Assembly: GCA_035655395.1 (NCBI GenBank)
Contig: DASRUP010000076.1
Coordinates: 1 to 43,596 of the forward strand
Direction: 5' to 3'
Source of the DNA: Minisyncoccota bacterium
GTDB taxonomy: Bacteria > Patescibacteriota > Minisyncoccia > Minisyncoccales > UBA10102
Length of the DNA stretch: 43,596 nt
This document shows positions 8,578 through 15,955 of the stretch, piece after piece. A program made the translations under genes and the position numbers. Position 1 is the stretch's first letter. Each line of letters starts with the position of its first letter. Under the pieces are notes generated by a model. It made no database searches, was not told the origin of the DNA, and saw only the letters and a program-made list of their open reading frames with translations.

Positions 8578-10683
8578 TTACTGCTCCTTTGCCTCCTTGA
8601 GAGAAAGGTTAATCCTTCCCTGTGCGTCGATTTCGATTACTTTTACGGGAATGATGTCGCCGAGCTTTACAATATCCTGTACCTTGTTTACGCGGTAGGG
8701 AGCTAACTGTGAAATATGCACAAGTCCTTCTTGGCCTCCTCCAACCTCCACAAACGCGCCGAATTCCATAATCCTCTTTACCTTGCCCTGAAAAATTTCT
8801 CCTACTTGCACTTCCCGGGTAAGGTTTCTCACGGTTTCCAGGGCCTGTTCCAGTTGTGCCGCATCCTGCCCCGTTACAAAAACAAGGCCGGTTTCTTCAA
8901 TGTCGATTTGCACGTCGAATTCATCGATAATTTTGTTAATCGTTTTGCCCCCAGGGCCGATAAGAAGCCCTATTTTTTCTGGGTTGATTTGCAAAGTGGC
9001 AATCTTGGGAGCCCAGGGAGAAAGCTCTTTTCTGGGTTCGGCAAGTATTTTGGCAATAACTTCGTCTAAAATATGGGAATGGGCTTTCTTGGCTTTGGCT
9101 AATGTTTCTTTGAATATGTGTTCGGTAATTCCCCGGACTTTTACGTCCAGCTGAATTGCGGTAACACCTTGTTTGGAACCCGCCACTTTAAAATCCATGT
9201 CGCCGTGATGATCTTCCGGGCCCTGAATGTCGGTTAACAGTTTATATTCCCCGTTTTGTCCTAGCATGAGCCCCATGGAAATTCCTGCCACGGGCCGTTT
9301 AATGGGAACTCCGGCATCCATTAAGGCAAGCGTGGAAGAGCATACGGAAGCCATAGAGGTAGAGCCGTTGGAAGATACCACTTCTGTTACAATACGAATG
9401 GTGTAAGGAAATTCTTCCGGGGTTGGGATAACGGGAAACAAGCCTTTTTCTGCGAGCATGCCATGTCCTATCTCTCGTCGGCCAGGGCCTCGGAGCATTT
9501 TTACCTCTCCTGGCGCATAAGGGGGAAAGTTGTAGTGGTGCATAAAACGCTTTTTGCCAATGAACTCCATGCCTTCCAAAAGGCGTTGGTCGCCGGGTGC
9601 GCCAAGCGTCAAAATAGAAAGGGTTCTGGTTTGCCCCCGTTCAAAAAGACCAGAACCATGCGTTCTGGGAAGGAACCCGGCCAAAGCAGATAATGGTCTG
9701 ATCTCGTCGAGTTTCCGGTCGTCCACGCGCTGATTTCTTTCCAGGGCTCCCTTGTGGACAATGCGATCGGTTTCTTCGTCGAAAAAGGAATCAACATGCG
9801 AAAGAACTTCGGCGTTTTCGTACTTTTCTTTGGTAAAAGCCGTAAACTCTTTTTTTACTTCGTCCACCGCTGCCATTCTGGCCTGCTTATCTCCCTGAAA
9901 AAGAGCGTGTTCGAGTTTGGGTTCGAGCCAATTTTGGAGTTCCTTGCGCACTGTTTCTTCTATAGGCGAGCGTTCCTCGTGCGCGATTTTTTCTTTGCCA
10001 AGCTTCCCGATAAGGTCTTCTTGAAACGCAATAAGGGCTTCCAAATGCGGCTTGGCAAATGCAAGCGCCTGCTCATATACTTCTTCTGACACTTCATCGG
10101 ACTCGGCCTCGATCATGTTGAACAGGAGTTCCTGCCCTTCTTTTACTGCGGCCAGCACGAAATCAAGGTCGCTTTGTCCGCGCTCTTCGTAAGTGGGGTT
10201 TACCACAAACTGGCCGTTTATTCTTCCTACGCGCATCCCAGCCAAAGGCCCTTTCCAGGGAATGTCGGAAAGGGAAAGCGCAATAGAGGCGCCCAAAAGC
10301 CCTGCGACATCAGGATCGTTTTGTGCGTCCCAGGAAAGGCAGGTGGTAATTATCTGTACTTCTCGTTTGAAGTTTTTGGGGAACAAGGGGCGAATCGCGC
10401 GGTCAATAAGTCGGGCGCAAATTATGGCTTCGTCGGAAGGGCGTCCCTCGCGGCGAATAAAGCGAGAACCCAAGATTCTGCCTGCGGCATAAAACCGTTC
10501 TTCGTAGTCAACAATAAGAGGAAAAAATCCCTGGTTGGAAGTTTCAGAGCGCGACATAACGGCAGTAACGTAGGTGAGCGTTTCTCCCGTCCGGATAAGT
10601 ACGTTCCCGTTTGCCTGCTCCGCCCAGTTGGGGAATTCAATGGTAATTTCTTTCTCTCCAAGCTTTACGGTGTATTTGTTCAT
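8578..10683 (-). CDS. pnp: Polyribonucleotide nucleotidyltransferase (PNPase)
   Basis: 701 aa with two RNase PH domains, a KH domain and an S1 domain (e.g. GPGGKTINKI, GEIFQGKVKRIMEFGAFVE). Confidence 0.97.
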   Translation of the reverse strand: MNKYTVKLGEKEITIEFPNWAEQANGNVLIRTGETLTYVTAVMSRSETSNQGFFPLIVDYEERFYAAGRILGSRFIRREGRPSDEAIICARLIDRAIRPLFPKNFKREVQIITTCLSWDAQNDPDVAGLLGASIALSLSDIPWKGPLAGMRVGRINGQFVVNPTYEERGQSDLDFVLAAVKEGQELLFNMIEAESDEVSEEVYEQALAFAKPHLEALIAFQEDLIGKLGKEKIAHEERSPIEETVRKELQNWLEPKLEHALFQGDKQARMAAVDEVKKEFTAFTKEKYENAEVLSHVDSFFDEETDRIVHKGALERNQRVDDRKLDEIRPLSALAGFLPRTHGSGLFERGQTRTLSILTLGAPGDQRLLEGMEFIGKKRFMHHYNFPPYAPGEVKMLRGPGRREIGHGMLAEKGLFPVIPTPEEFPYTIRIVTEVVSSNGSTSMASVCSSTLALMDAGVPIKRPVAGISMGLMLGQNGEYKLLTDIQGPEDHHGDMDFKVAGSKQGVTAIQLDVKVRGITEHIFKETLAKAKKAHSHILDEVIAKILAEPRKELSPWAPKIATLQINPEKIGLLIGPGGKTINKIIDEFDVQIDIEETGLVFVTGQDAAQLEQALETVRNLTREVQVGEIFQGKVKRIMEFGAFVEVGGGQEGLVHISQLAPYRVNKVQDIVKLGDIIPVKVIEIDAQGRINLSLKEAKEQ

Positions 10684-11210
10684 CGTGTAATTTTAAGAGG
10701 CCAACGAGACTTTTTTAACAGATATTTATCTTCCTCTTCTTCCAAGTCAACGAATTCATCGGCCACCTCCCGAAGCCTTGAAGAAGTTGATTTTCCAAAT
10801 GCCATAACTTCCACGCGTTTTCCGTGGTTTTTGAGGTATTCTACAAGAGGCACATAGTCGCCGTCGCCCGATACCAGCACTACCGCGTCTGCGCTGTCTG
10901 CGGTTTTAATGGCGTCGACAGCAATGCCAACGTCCCAGTCCGCCTTTTTGAGGCCTCCGTAATACTCCTGAAGATCTTTTACGCGAGTTTCAATGCCTAC
11001 GCTCGTGAGGGCGTCGAAAAACGGCTTTTCTTCTCCGGTTTTCGTGCGCACTACATAAGCAAACGCACGGATAAGTTTTCTGCCTGCAACCGCGTTTTTT
11101 ACGATTTCGCGGAAGTTTACGCGGGCCTGGTGAAGGTTTTTTGCCGAGTGGTACAGGTTTTGAACATCGATAAAAACAGTAACCCGCTGATCTTTATTTT
11201 TGAGGCTCAT
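10680..11210 (-). CDS. NYN/LabA-like (PIN-fold) predicted RNase domain protein
   Basis: VFIDVQNLYHSAKNL...VVLVSGDGDYVPLVEYLK pattern typical of NYN/DUF88. Its stop overlaps the pnp start (ATGA). Confidence 0.8.
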   Translation of the reverse strand: MSLKNKDQRVTVFIDVQNLYHSAKNLHQARVNFREIVKNAVAGRKLIRAFAYVVRTKTGEEKPFFDALTSVGIETRVKDLQEYYGGLKKADWDVGIAVDAIKTADSADAVVLVSGDGDYVPLVEYLKNHGKRVEVMAFGKSTSSRLREVADEFVDLEEEEDKYLLKKSRWPLKITR

Positions 11211-11222
11211 GTCGAAATGGCC

Positions 11223-11489
11223 TTATTTTTTTAGGCCGGTTTTTTTCAAAAGAGATTTATATCGTTTTTCGTCCTCCCGTTTGAGGTGCGCTAAAAGAGT
11301 GCGGCGCCTGGCCACCATCTTTAAAAGACCTCGTTTGGAGTGAAAATCCTTGGCGTGCTTTTTTAAATGGGAAAGCAACTTCCGGATTTCTTCAGACAAA
11401 ATCCCAACTTGCACTTCAGGAGAGCCTGAATCGATAGCGTGAGTTTTGTATTTCTCTATGATTTTTTGCTTGTCTTTGGTTTGAAGCAT
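11223..11489 (-). CDS. rpsO: 30S ribosomal protein S15
   Basis: 88 aa. GSPEVQVGILSEEIRKLLSHLKKHAKDFHSKRGLLKMVARRRTLL is the canonical S15 sequence. Confidence 0.95.
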   Translation of the reverse strand: MLQTKDKQKIIEKYKTHAIDSGSPEVQVGILSEEIRKLLSHLKKHAKDFHSKRGLLKMVARRRTLLAHLKREDEKRYKSLLKKTGLKK

Positions 11490-11496
11490 TAGGCGT

Positions 11497-11524
11497 ATTA
11501 TAGCAGAAAAGCAAAAATTTGCAA
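11497..11524 (-). promoter_or_regulatory. Promoter TTGCAA-16-TATAAT giving a (near) leaderless rpsO mRNA
   Basis: On the minus strand: TTGCAA 11524..11519 and TATAAT 11502..11497. Only 7 nt separate the -10 from ATG 11489, and there is no SD. Confidence 0.55.
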
Positions 11525-11529
11525 GTGGG

Positions 11530-11600
11530 TGCCCCCAGAAGGAATCGAACCCTCATCAACGGATTAAGAGTCCGCAGCTTTACCATTAAGCTATGGGGGC
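11530..11600 (-). tRNA. tRNA-Lys (anticodon CTT)
   Basis: Hand-folded cloverleaf: GCCCCCA/TGGGGGC acceptor, anticodon loop CTCTTAA, T-loop TTCGATT. No clean encoded CCA. Confidence 0.9.
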
Positions 11601-11649
11601 TTTTGGCGAGGTTTATTATATAAGGAAAATCGCTACTTTGCAACCTTTT

Positions 11650-12192
11650 CTATGGTTCTCTTGCAGCTTTTAATGCCTTGGCGTACCACAGGAGTTCCCC
11701 AAAGAATTTTTGGAGGCGTTCGGGGTAAGAGGGGTCGGTTATGTTGTCCTGTTCGTCGAACAGGGTTTTTACGTTGGAGAAATATACCGCGGTTCGAATG
11801 GGCACCATTTGCAGCTCTATAGCCACAAGCCGCAGCTTTTCTACCATGCGCACTCCGCCCATGCCGCCACTCGCCACGCCGCAAACGCCTAGGGGCTTTC
11901 GGTTATACTCTTCATAGAGCATATCGAGCATCATTTTGAGTTCGCCTGGATACCCGTGATTATACTCTGGAGCTACAATAATAAGGCCGTCGGCCCTGCT
12001 CACTTTTTCTGAAAACCTTTTTGCAGGCTCCTGCTCTTCGGTGTCGTCGGTAGCTGCAATTCTGTAGTCTCGAACGTCAATAAGCTCGGTTTCCACGCCT
12101 TCCTGCTTTTGGAATTCTCGCAACACAAAATTCGCCGCCTTCTCTGATCTTCGACCTTCTCTCGCTGTGCCTAGGATTATGGGAATATACAT
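11650..12192 (-). CDS. NAD(P)H-dependent FMN reductase family protein
   Basis: MYIPIILGTAREGRRSEK...IIVAPEYNHGYPGELK matches the flavodoxin-like FMN_red pattern. Confidence 0.85.
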   Translation of the reverse strand: MYIPIILGTAREGRRSEKAANFVLREFQKQEGVETELIDVRDYRIAATDDTEEQEPAKRFSEKVSRADGLIIVAPEYNHGYPGELKMMLDMLYEEYNRKPLGVCGVASGGMGGVRMVEKLRLVAIELQMVPIRTAVYFSNVKTLFDEQDNITDPSYPERLQKFFGELLWYAKALKAAREP

Positions 12193-12207
12193 ATGATTAT
12201 TACAATT

Positions 12208-12759
12208 TTATAAGTTCAGATTCTTTTCATCTTTGCTACTCAACGAACCCAGGACAGCCGTAAGCGTTGCGACCTCATTTTTTGTAATATCCCAAGGGAC
12301 CTCGATCACAAATTTTTGTGAGTTGCCCCTAAGAGGAAGGTCAATCCGGACTATGGCTTGAGCATTTGCTATTTCGTGGTCTTCAATACTTCCTTTGCCT
12401 TTCTGAACTGCGTTGGGGATTGATCGTTTTGTTCGCTGCACCACCCTAGGTGTCCAGCTCGCCATTTTGGTTGGGTCGATGCCGTATGTTTTATAATCCT
12501 TAAGGACCTTTTGGACGCGGGATTTGTAGGTAGCCAAAGAAGTATCGGTGAAGTCCTTTCCTCCATGCTTTGAGCAAACACTTTTGTATATTTGTTCAAT
12601 ATTTTCTTCGAACTTATCGACAGAATTGAGCTCGTCTTCGTTGAGCTCTTCCTGGAAAAGCTGCAAGGCTCGTTTTATGCCGTGGCCTGTGTTTTTGGGA
12701 TATTTTCGGTTTCGGACCGCTTTATCTACGAAGGCGATCAAATCTTTAAAATTATTCAT
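12208..12759 (-). CDS. Hypothetical protein (183 aa), AT-rich orphan
   Basis: ORF with GGAG 9 nt upstream of ATG 12759. The TTG at 12852 used by the track abuts the SD and follows a terminator, so I disfavour it. No family recognised. Confidence 0.55.
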   Translation of the reverse strand: MNNFKDLIAFVDKAVRNRKYPKNTGHGIKRALQLFQEELNEDELNSVDKFEENIEQIYKSVCSKHGGKDFTDTSLATYKSRVQKVLKDYKTYGIDPTKMASWTPRVVQRTKRSIPNAVQKGKGSIEDHEIANAQAIVRIDLPLRGNSQKFVIEVPWDITKNEVATLTAVLGSLSSKDEKNLNL

Positions 12760-12869
12760 GCGAGATTGCTCCAAAATAAACTTTTTAGATGACCTTGATG
12801 GGATGTACTCAATATACCGTATCAACCCTATCTTTTCAAATGGATACCCCAATCTCCTCTCTCTAGATA

Positions 12870-12895
12870 GAAAAAAACACGCGTTGAAACGTGTA
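12870..12895 (-). terminator. Intrinsic terminator downstream of tRNA-Ala
   Basis: The minus strand reads ACACG-loop-CGTGT followed by TTTTTTT. Confidence 0.6.
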
Positions 12896-13004
12896 TCTTC
12901 ATTTTGACGAAAATCCTAGCAGTTTGGTTTCTCCACACTTTCTCCACACCTATAAACCTCTTAGGGGTATTCTTCAGCATAAGACTTGCCTCGTTAGACA
13001 TTTG

Positions 13005-13075
13005 TGGACCTGGGGAGAATCGAACTCCCGACTCGGCAATGCGAATGCCGCGTAATACCACTTTACTACAGGCCC
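13005..13075 (-). tRNA. tRNA-Ala (anticodon CGC)
   Basis: GGGCCTG/CAGGTCC acceptor with G3:U70, anticodon loop TTCGCAT, T-loop TTCGATT. CCA is not encoded. Confidence 0.9.
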
Positions 13076-13076
13076 T

Positions 13077-13742
13077 TTATTTAATTTTTCGCCATTCACC
13101 GGGTTTTAGATTTTCAAGCTTAATGTCGCCTATGCGCGTGCGAATTAAATGAGCTATCTCATAATGGCATGCTTCTGCCATGCGGCGCAACTGGCGGTTC
13201 CAGCCTTGGTGTATGATAACCTCCAGCTCGTTCTTGTCGATTTGGGTTACTTTGTCTGCTTTTGCAATGCCTTCGGTTAAGCGAATACCTTTTAGAAAGG
13301 CGTTTATAAGCTCTTTGCTTACAGCCTTTTTAAAAACCAGGCGATATTCTTTTTGCTTTTCGTATTTGGGGTGGGTAAGTTTGTAAATTAAGTCGCCCTT
13401 GTTGCTCAAAACAAGCAGGCCCTCTGATTCGTAGTCTAATCTTCCGGCCGGCTTTAAGTCTTGAAACTCTCTGGGCAGGAGGCTCATTACGATTTTTCTT
13501 TTCTTGGGGTCAGATCGGGTGGTTATGTACCCTTTGGGTTTATAAAGCGCAACGGTAATGGATTCTTTCTGTTTGCTTTGGAGAGTTTTCCCATTTGCAG
13601 AGACGCGATCTTTTGCAGGGTCTACAAGCTGGCCAAGTTTTGCCAGGCTTCCATTAACTTGCACTTTCTTGTCTGCAATTAATTTGTCTGCTGCGCGGCG
13701 GGAAATCCCAAGCTGCTGCGCAAGAAATACGTTAATTCTCAT
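13077..13742 (-). CDS. RsuA/RluB-family pseudouridine synthase with an S4 domain
   Basis: MRINVFLAQQLGISRRAADKLI (S4 domain) and the catalytic motif AGRLDYESEGLLVLSN. The track's first 11 codons overlap tRNA-Pro, so I start at ATG 13742. Confidence 0.9.
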   Translation of the reverse strand: MRINVFLAQQLGISRRAADKLIADKKVQVNGSLAKLGQLVDPAKDRVSANGKTLQSKQKESITVALYKPKGYITTRSDPKKRKIVMSLLPREFQDLKPAGRLDYESEGLLVLSNKGDLIYKLTHPKYEKQKEYRLVFKKAVSKELINAFLKGIRLTEGIAKADKVTQIDKNELEVIIHQGWNRQLRRMAEACHYEIAHLIRTRIGDIKLENLKPGEWRKIK

Positions 13743-13747
13743 AAGTG

Positions 13748-13819
13748 TCGGGGATGTGGGGGTTGAACCCACCATCTCATCGTCCCGAACGATGCGTGTT
13801 GCCGCTACACTAATCCCCG
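13748..13819 (-). tRNA. tRNA-Pro (anticodon CGG)
   Basis: CGGGGAT/ATCCCCG acceptor (C1:G72), anticodon loop TTCGGGA, T arm GTGGG-TTCAACC-CCCAC. CCA is not encoded. Confidence 0.9.
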
Positions 13820-13820
13820 T

Positions 13821-15269
13821 TTACTTTACCCAATATTTTTGTTTGGTTGTTTCGTCGCGTTGGGTTTCGACCTGGTCGCGTTCTTGGCGCGCTTTTTTCG
13901 CAAGCTCTTGCAGCTCTTTTTCTGGTAACGAAAGGAACTCTTTTACCCGTTGTTCCAAATAATCTTTCTCGTTCTTTTTGGGGTCTTCAAGCACTTCGCC
14001 CAATAGGACATCGAGAACTTGTCCTATCTTTGGCCCTGGCTCTATGTTGCCTAACTTCATGATATCGTTGCCGTTCACAGCAAGCATGCCGGGCGAAATA
14101 GGGTCTTGCGATACCTTTTCAATCATATACTGCCAGTGGCGAAGGCGGTAGGGTTGGGCTTTCGGAACGCCCGATCCAATGCGGTCTGCCATGCGGAGGT
14201 AGAGCAGGTCTTGCATATGTTCTGCGCCCACTTTGCGGATAAGACGGCGCACCGACGACTCGGTTACTTCATCTACATTATAGTAAAACATGTGGTAACG
14301 AATAAGGTCGGAAATGAGCTCTATTTGTTTGCGCGGAAACTTGAGGCGGGCCATCAGGTCCCGCGCCATGCGAGATCCCAGCGCTTCGTGGTTATAAAAT
14401 GTGGAGTCGGGTCCATCCCCTTGCTTTACTCTTGGTTTTGCCACATCGTGCAGCAACGCAGCCAAACGAACTTCCAGGCTCCAGTTCTGTTCTGTCGCAT
14501 ATTGGAGCGAGCGAAGGTTGTGTTCCCACACGGTGTACTTATGGTGTTTGTTTTGCGAAACTTCATATCCTTCCTCGAGCTCGGGTGCAATAAAGGAAAG
14601 CAACTTGAGTTCCCGCAAAAGCTCAATGCCGGCCATGGCTTGTTTTGCCATAACAATTTTGCAGAATTCGTCTCTGATGCGCTCTTTGGAAATTTCCTGC
14701 AGGAGGGCGGCGTTTTTTTGTATTGCTTCTTTTGTTTTGGGTTCTATGAAAAACCCGAGCTGCGTTGCCAGTCTGGCAGCGCGCATCATGCGCAGAGCAT
14801 CTTCCTGAAAGCGGGCTTCGGGCTCTCCTACGGCTCGAATAATTTTTGCTTTCAAGTCCTCTTGTCCGCCAAAAGGGTCGATAATTTCTTTTCCCCGAAG
14901 CGCAATGGCGTTTACCGTAAAATCGCGCCGCGAAAGATCCTCTTGGAGCGTTTGGGCGTATTTCACTTCTTCTGGCCTTCTGCGATCGGTATACTTGTGA
15001 TCTGATCGATACGTGGTAATTTCGATTTCCTTGAGTTTAGGATTTTGGCTTTGTGTAAGAACAGTTACCGTGAAAAACTTGTTTTCGTAAAAGCTTTCGG
15101 GGAAAATCTTCTGTAATTCTTCGGGGCGGGCTTGTGTGGTAACATCCCAATCTTCGGGTTCTCGGCCCAAAAGCAAATCTCGTACGCACCCGCCTACCAC
15201 ATAGGCTTCAAACCCTTGTTTTTCCAGCGTTTCCCCAATCTCTTGTACTTCTTTCGGGATTGCCTTCAT
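13821..15269 (-). CDS. cca: CCA-adding tRNA nucleotidyltransferase (PolyA_pol head plus HD domain)
   Basis: AYVVGGCVRDLLLGREPEDWDVTT and RRDFTVNA motifs. HD region LLHDVAKP. Confidence 0.9.
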   Translation of the reverse strand: MKAIPKEVQEIGETLEKQGFEAYVVGGCVRDLLLGREPEDWDVTTQARPEELQKIFPESFYENKFFTVTVLTQSQNPKLKEIEITTYRSDHKYTDRRRPEEVKYAQTLQEDLSRRDFTVNAIALRGKEIIDPFGGQEDLKAKIIRAVGEPEARFQEDALRMMRAARLATQLGFFIEPKTKEAIQKNAALLQEISKERIRDEFCKIVMAKQAMAGIELLRELKLLSFIAPELEEGYEVSQNKHHKYTVWEHNLRSLQYATEQNWSLEVRLAALLHDVAKPRVKQGDGPDSTFYNHEALGSRMARDLMARLKFPRKQIELISDLIRYHMFYYNVDEVTESSVRRLIRKVGAEHMQDLLYLRMADRIGSGVPKAQPYRLRHWQYMIEKVSQDPISPGMLAVNGNDIMKLGNIEPGPKIGQVLDVLLGEVLEDPKKNEKDYLEQRVKEFLSLPEKELQELAKKARQERDQVETQRDETTKQKYWVK

Positions 15270-15292
15270 GGAGTGTATCCTAGCTTATTTTC

Positions 15293-15321
15293 TTGAATTT
15301 TTCAATTCAAAATGCTAGAAT
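15293..15321 (+). promoter_or_regulatory. Promoter TTGAAT-17-TAGAAT upstream of tRNA-Arg
   Basis: Hexamers at 15293..15298 and 15316..15321. The tRNA starts 16 nt downstream. Confidence 0.5.
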
Positions 15322-15336
15322 AAGGGTAATTTGAGA

Positions 15337-15411
15337 GCGCCCGTAGCTTAACGGACAGAGTGCTGGGCTTCGGACCCAGTGATGAGGGTTCGATTCCTTC
15401 CGGGCGCACCA
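15337..15411 (+). tRNA. tRNA-Arg (anticodon TCG)
   Basis: GCGCCCG/CGGGCGC acceptor, anticodon stem CTGGG/CCCAG with loop CTTCGGA. CCA is encoded. Confidence 0.9.
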
Positions 15412-15447
15412 GAAAGGATTCGCATTTAATAATTAACTAATAAACAT

Positions 15448-15810
15448 ATGAGTATTGAAAACCCATTCAGCAATCCAACACCTCCGCAAGAGGAAGCTGC
15501 AAAACCAGAAAAAAGAGAAAGCGGCGAAGACCTGAAAGAAAACGACCTAATAATTGCGGATGATCAGCTCGAACTTGCTAAAGACATTCTTGAGGAAAGT
15601 CATATCCCGCATGAAGACAAGGAGCATAAAAAGAGAGAGGAAGTACGCGGCGAGGTAGACTACGACGTTCCCGGAGAATTCGTAGTAAGCATCAATAATC
15701 CCGAGCGCCCCGACGAGCCCGCAGATTTTGAATTCACAAAGCAAGTTTTCCAACTTTTCAAGGATTCGGAAATAGCTGTACGTTATGGAAAAAATCCAGA
15801 ACGCGGATGA
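15448..15810 (+). CDS. Hypothetical acidic protein (120 aa)
   Basis: ORF only. E/D-rich, no recognised motif, no obvious SD. Confidence 0.5.
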   Translation: MSIENPFSNPTPPQEEAAKPEKRESGEDLKENDLIIADDQLELAKDILEESHIPHEDKEHKKREEVRGEVDYDVPGEFVVSINNPERPDEPADFEFTKQVFQLFKDSEIAVRYGKNPERG

Positions 15811-15870
15811 TGTAAACCATAAATTAATTTTTGATCTTGCCGTCAAGCTACTCCATGCTTCCGCACCAGC

Positions 15871-15899
15871 TTGACATGCCAAAGAGCTTGTGATACAAT
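15871..15899 (+). promoter_or_regulatory. Promoter TTGACA-17-TACAAT for nusA
   Basis: Consensus -35 at 15871..15876 and TACAAT at 15894..15899. Confidence 0.6.
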
Positions 15900-15920
15900 A
15901 GCACTATTGAAATGAGAATG

Positions 15921-15946
15921 GTGTCCGCTTGGCGGGCATTGTTTTG
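15921..15946 (+). promoter_or_regulatory. Terminator-like hairpin plus U-tract in the nusA leader (possible attenuator)
   Basis: gtgtccgc-ttg-gcgggcat gives an 8-bp stem (with G:U pairs), followed by tgttttg. It lies 10 nt before ATG 15956. Confidence 0.35.
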
Positions 15947-15955
15947 TAAACAACC

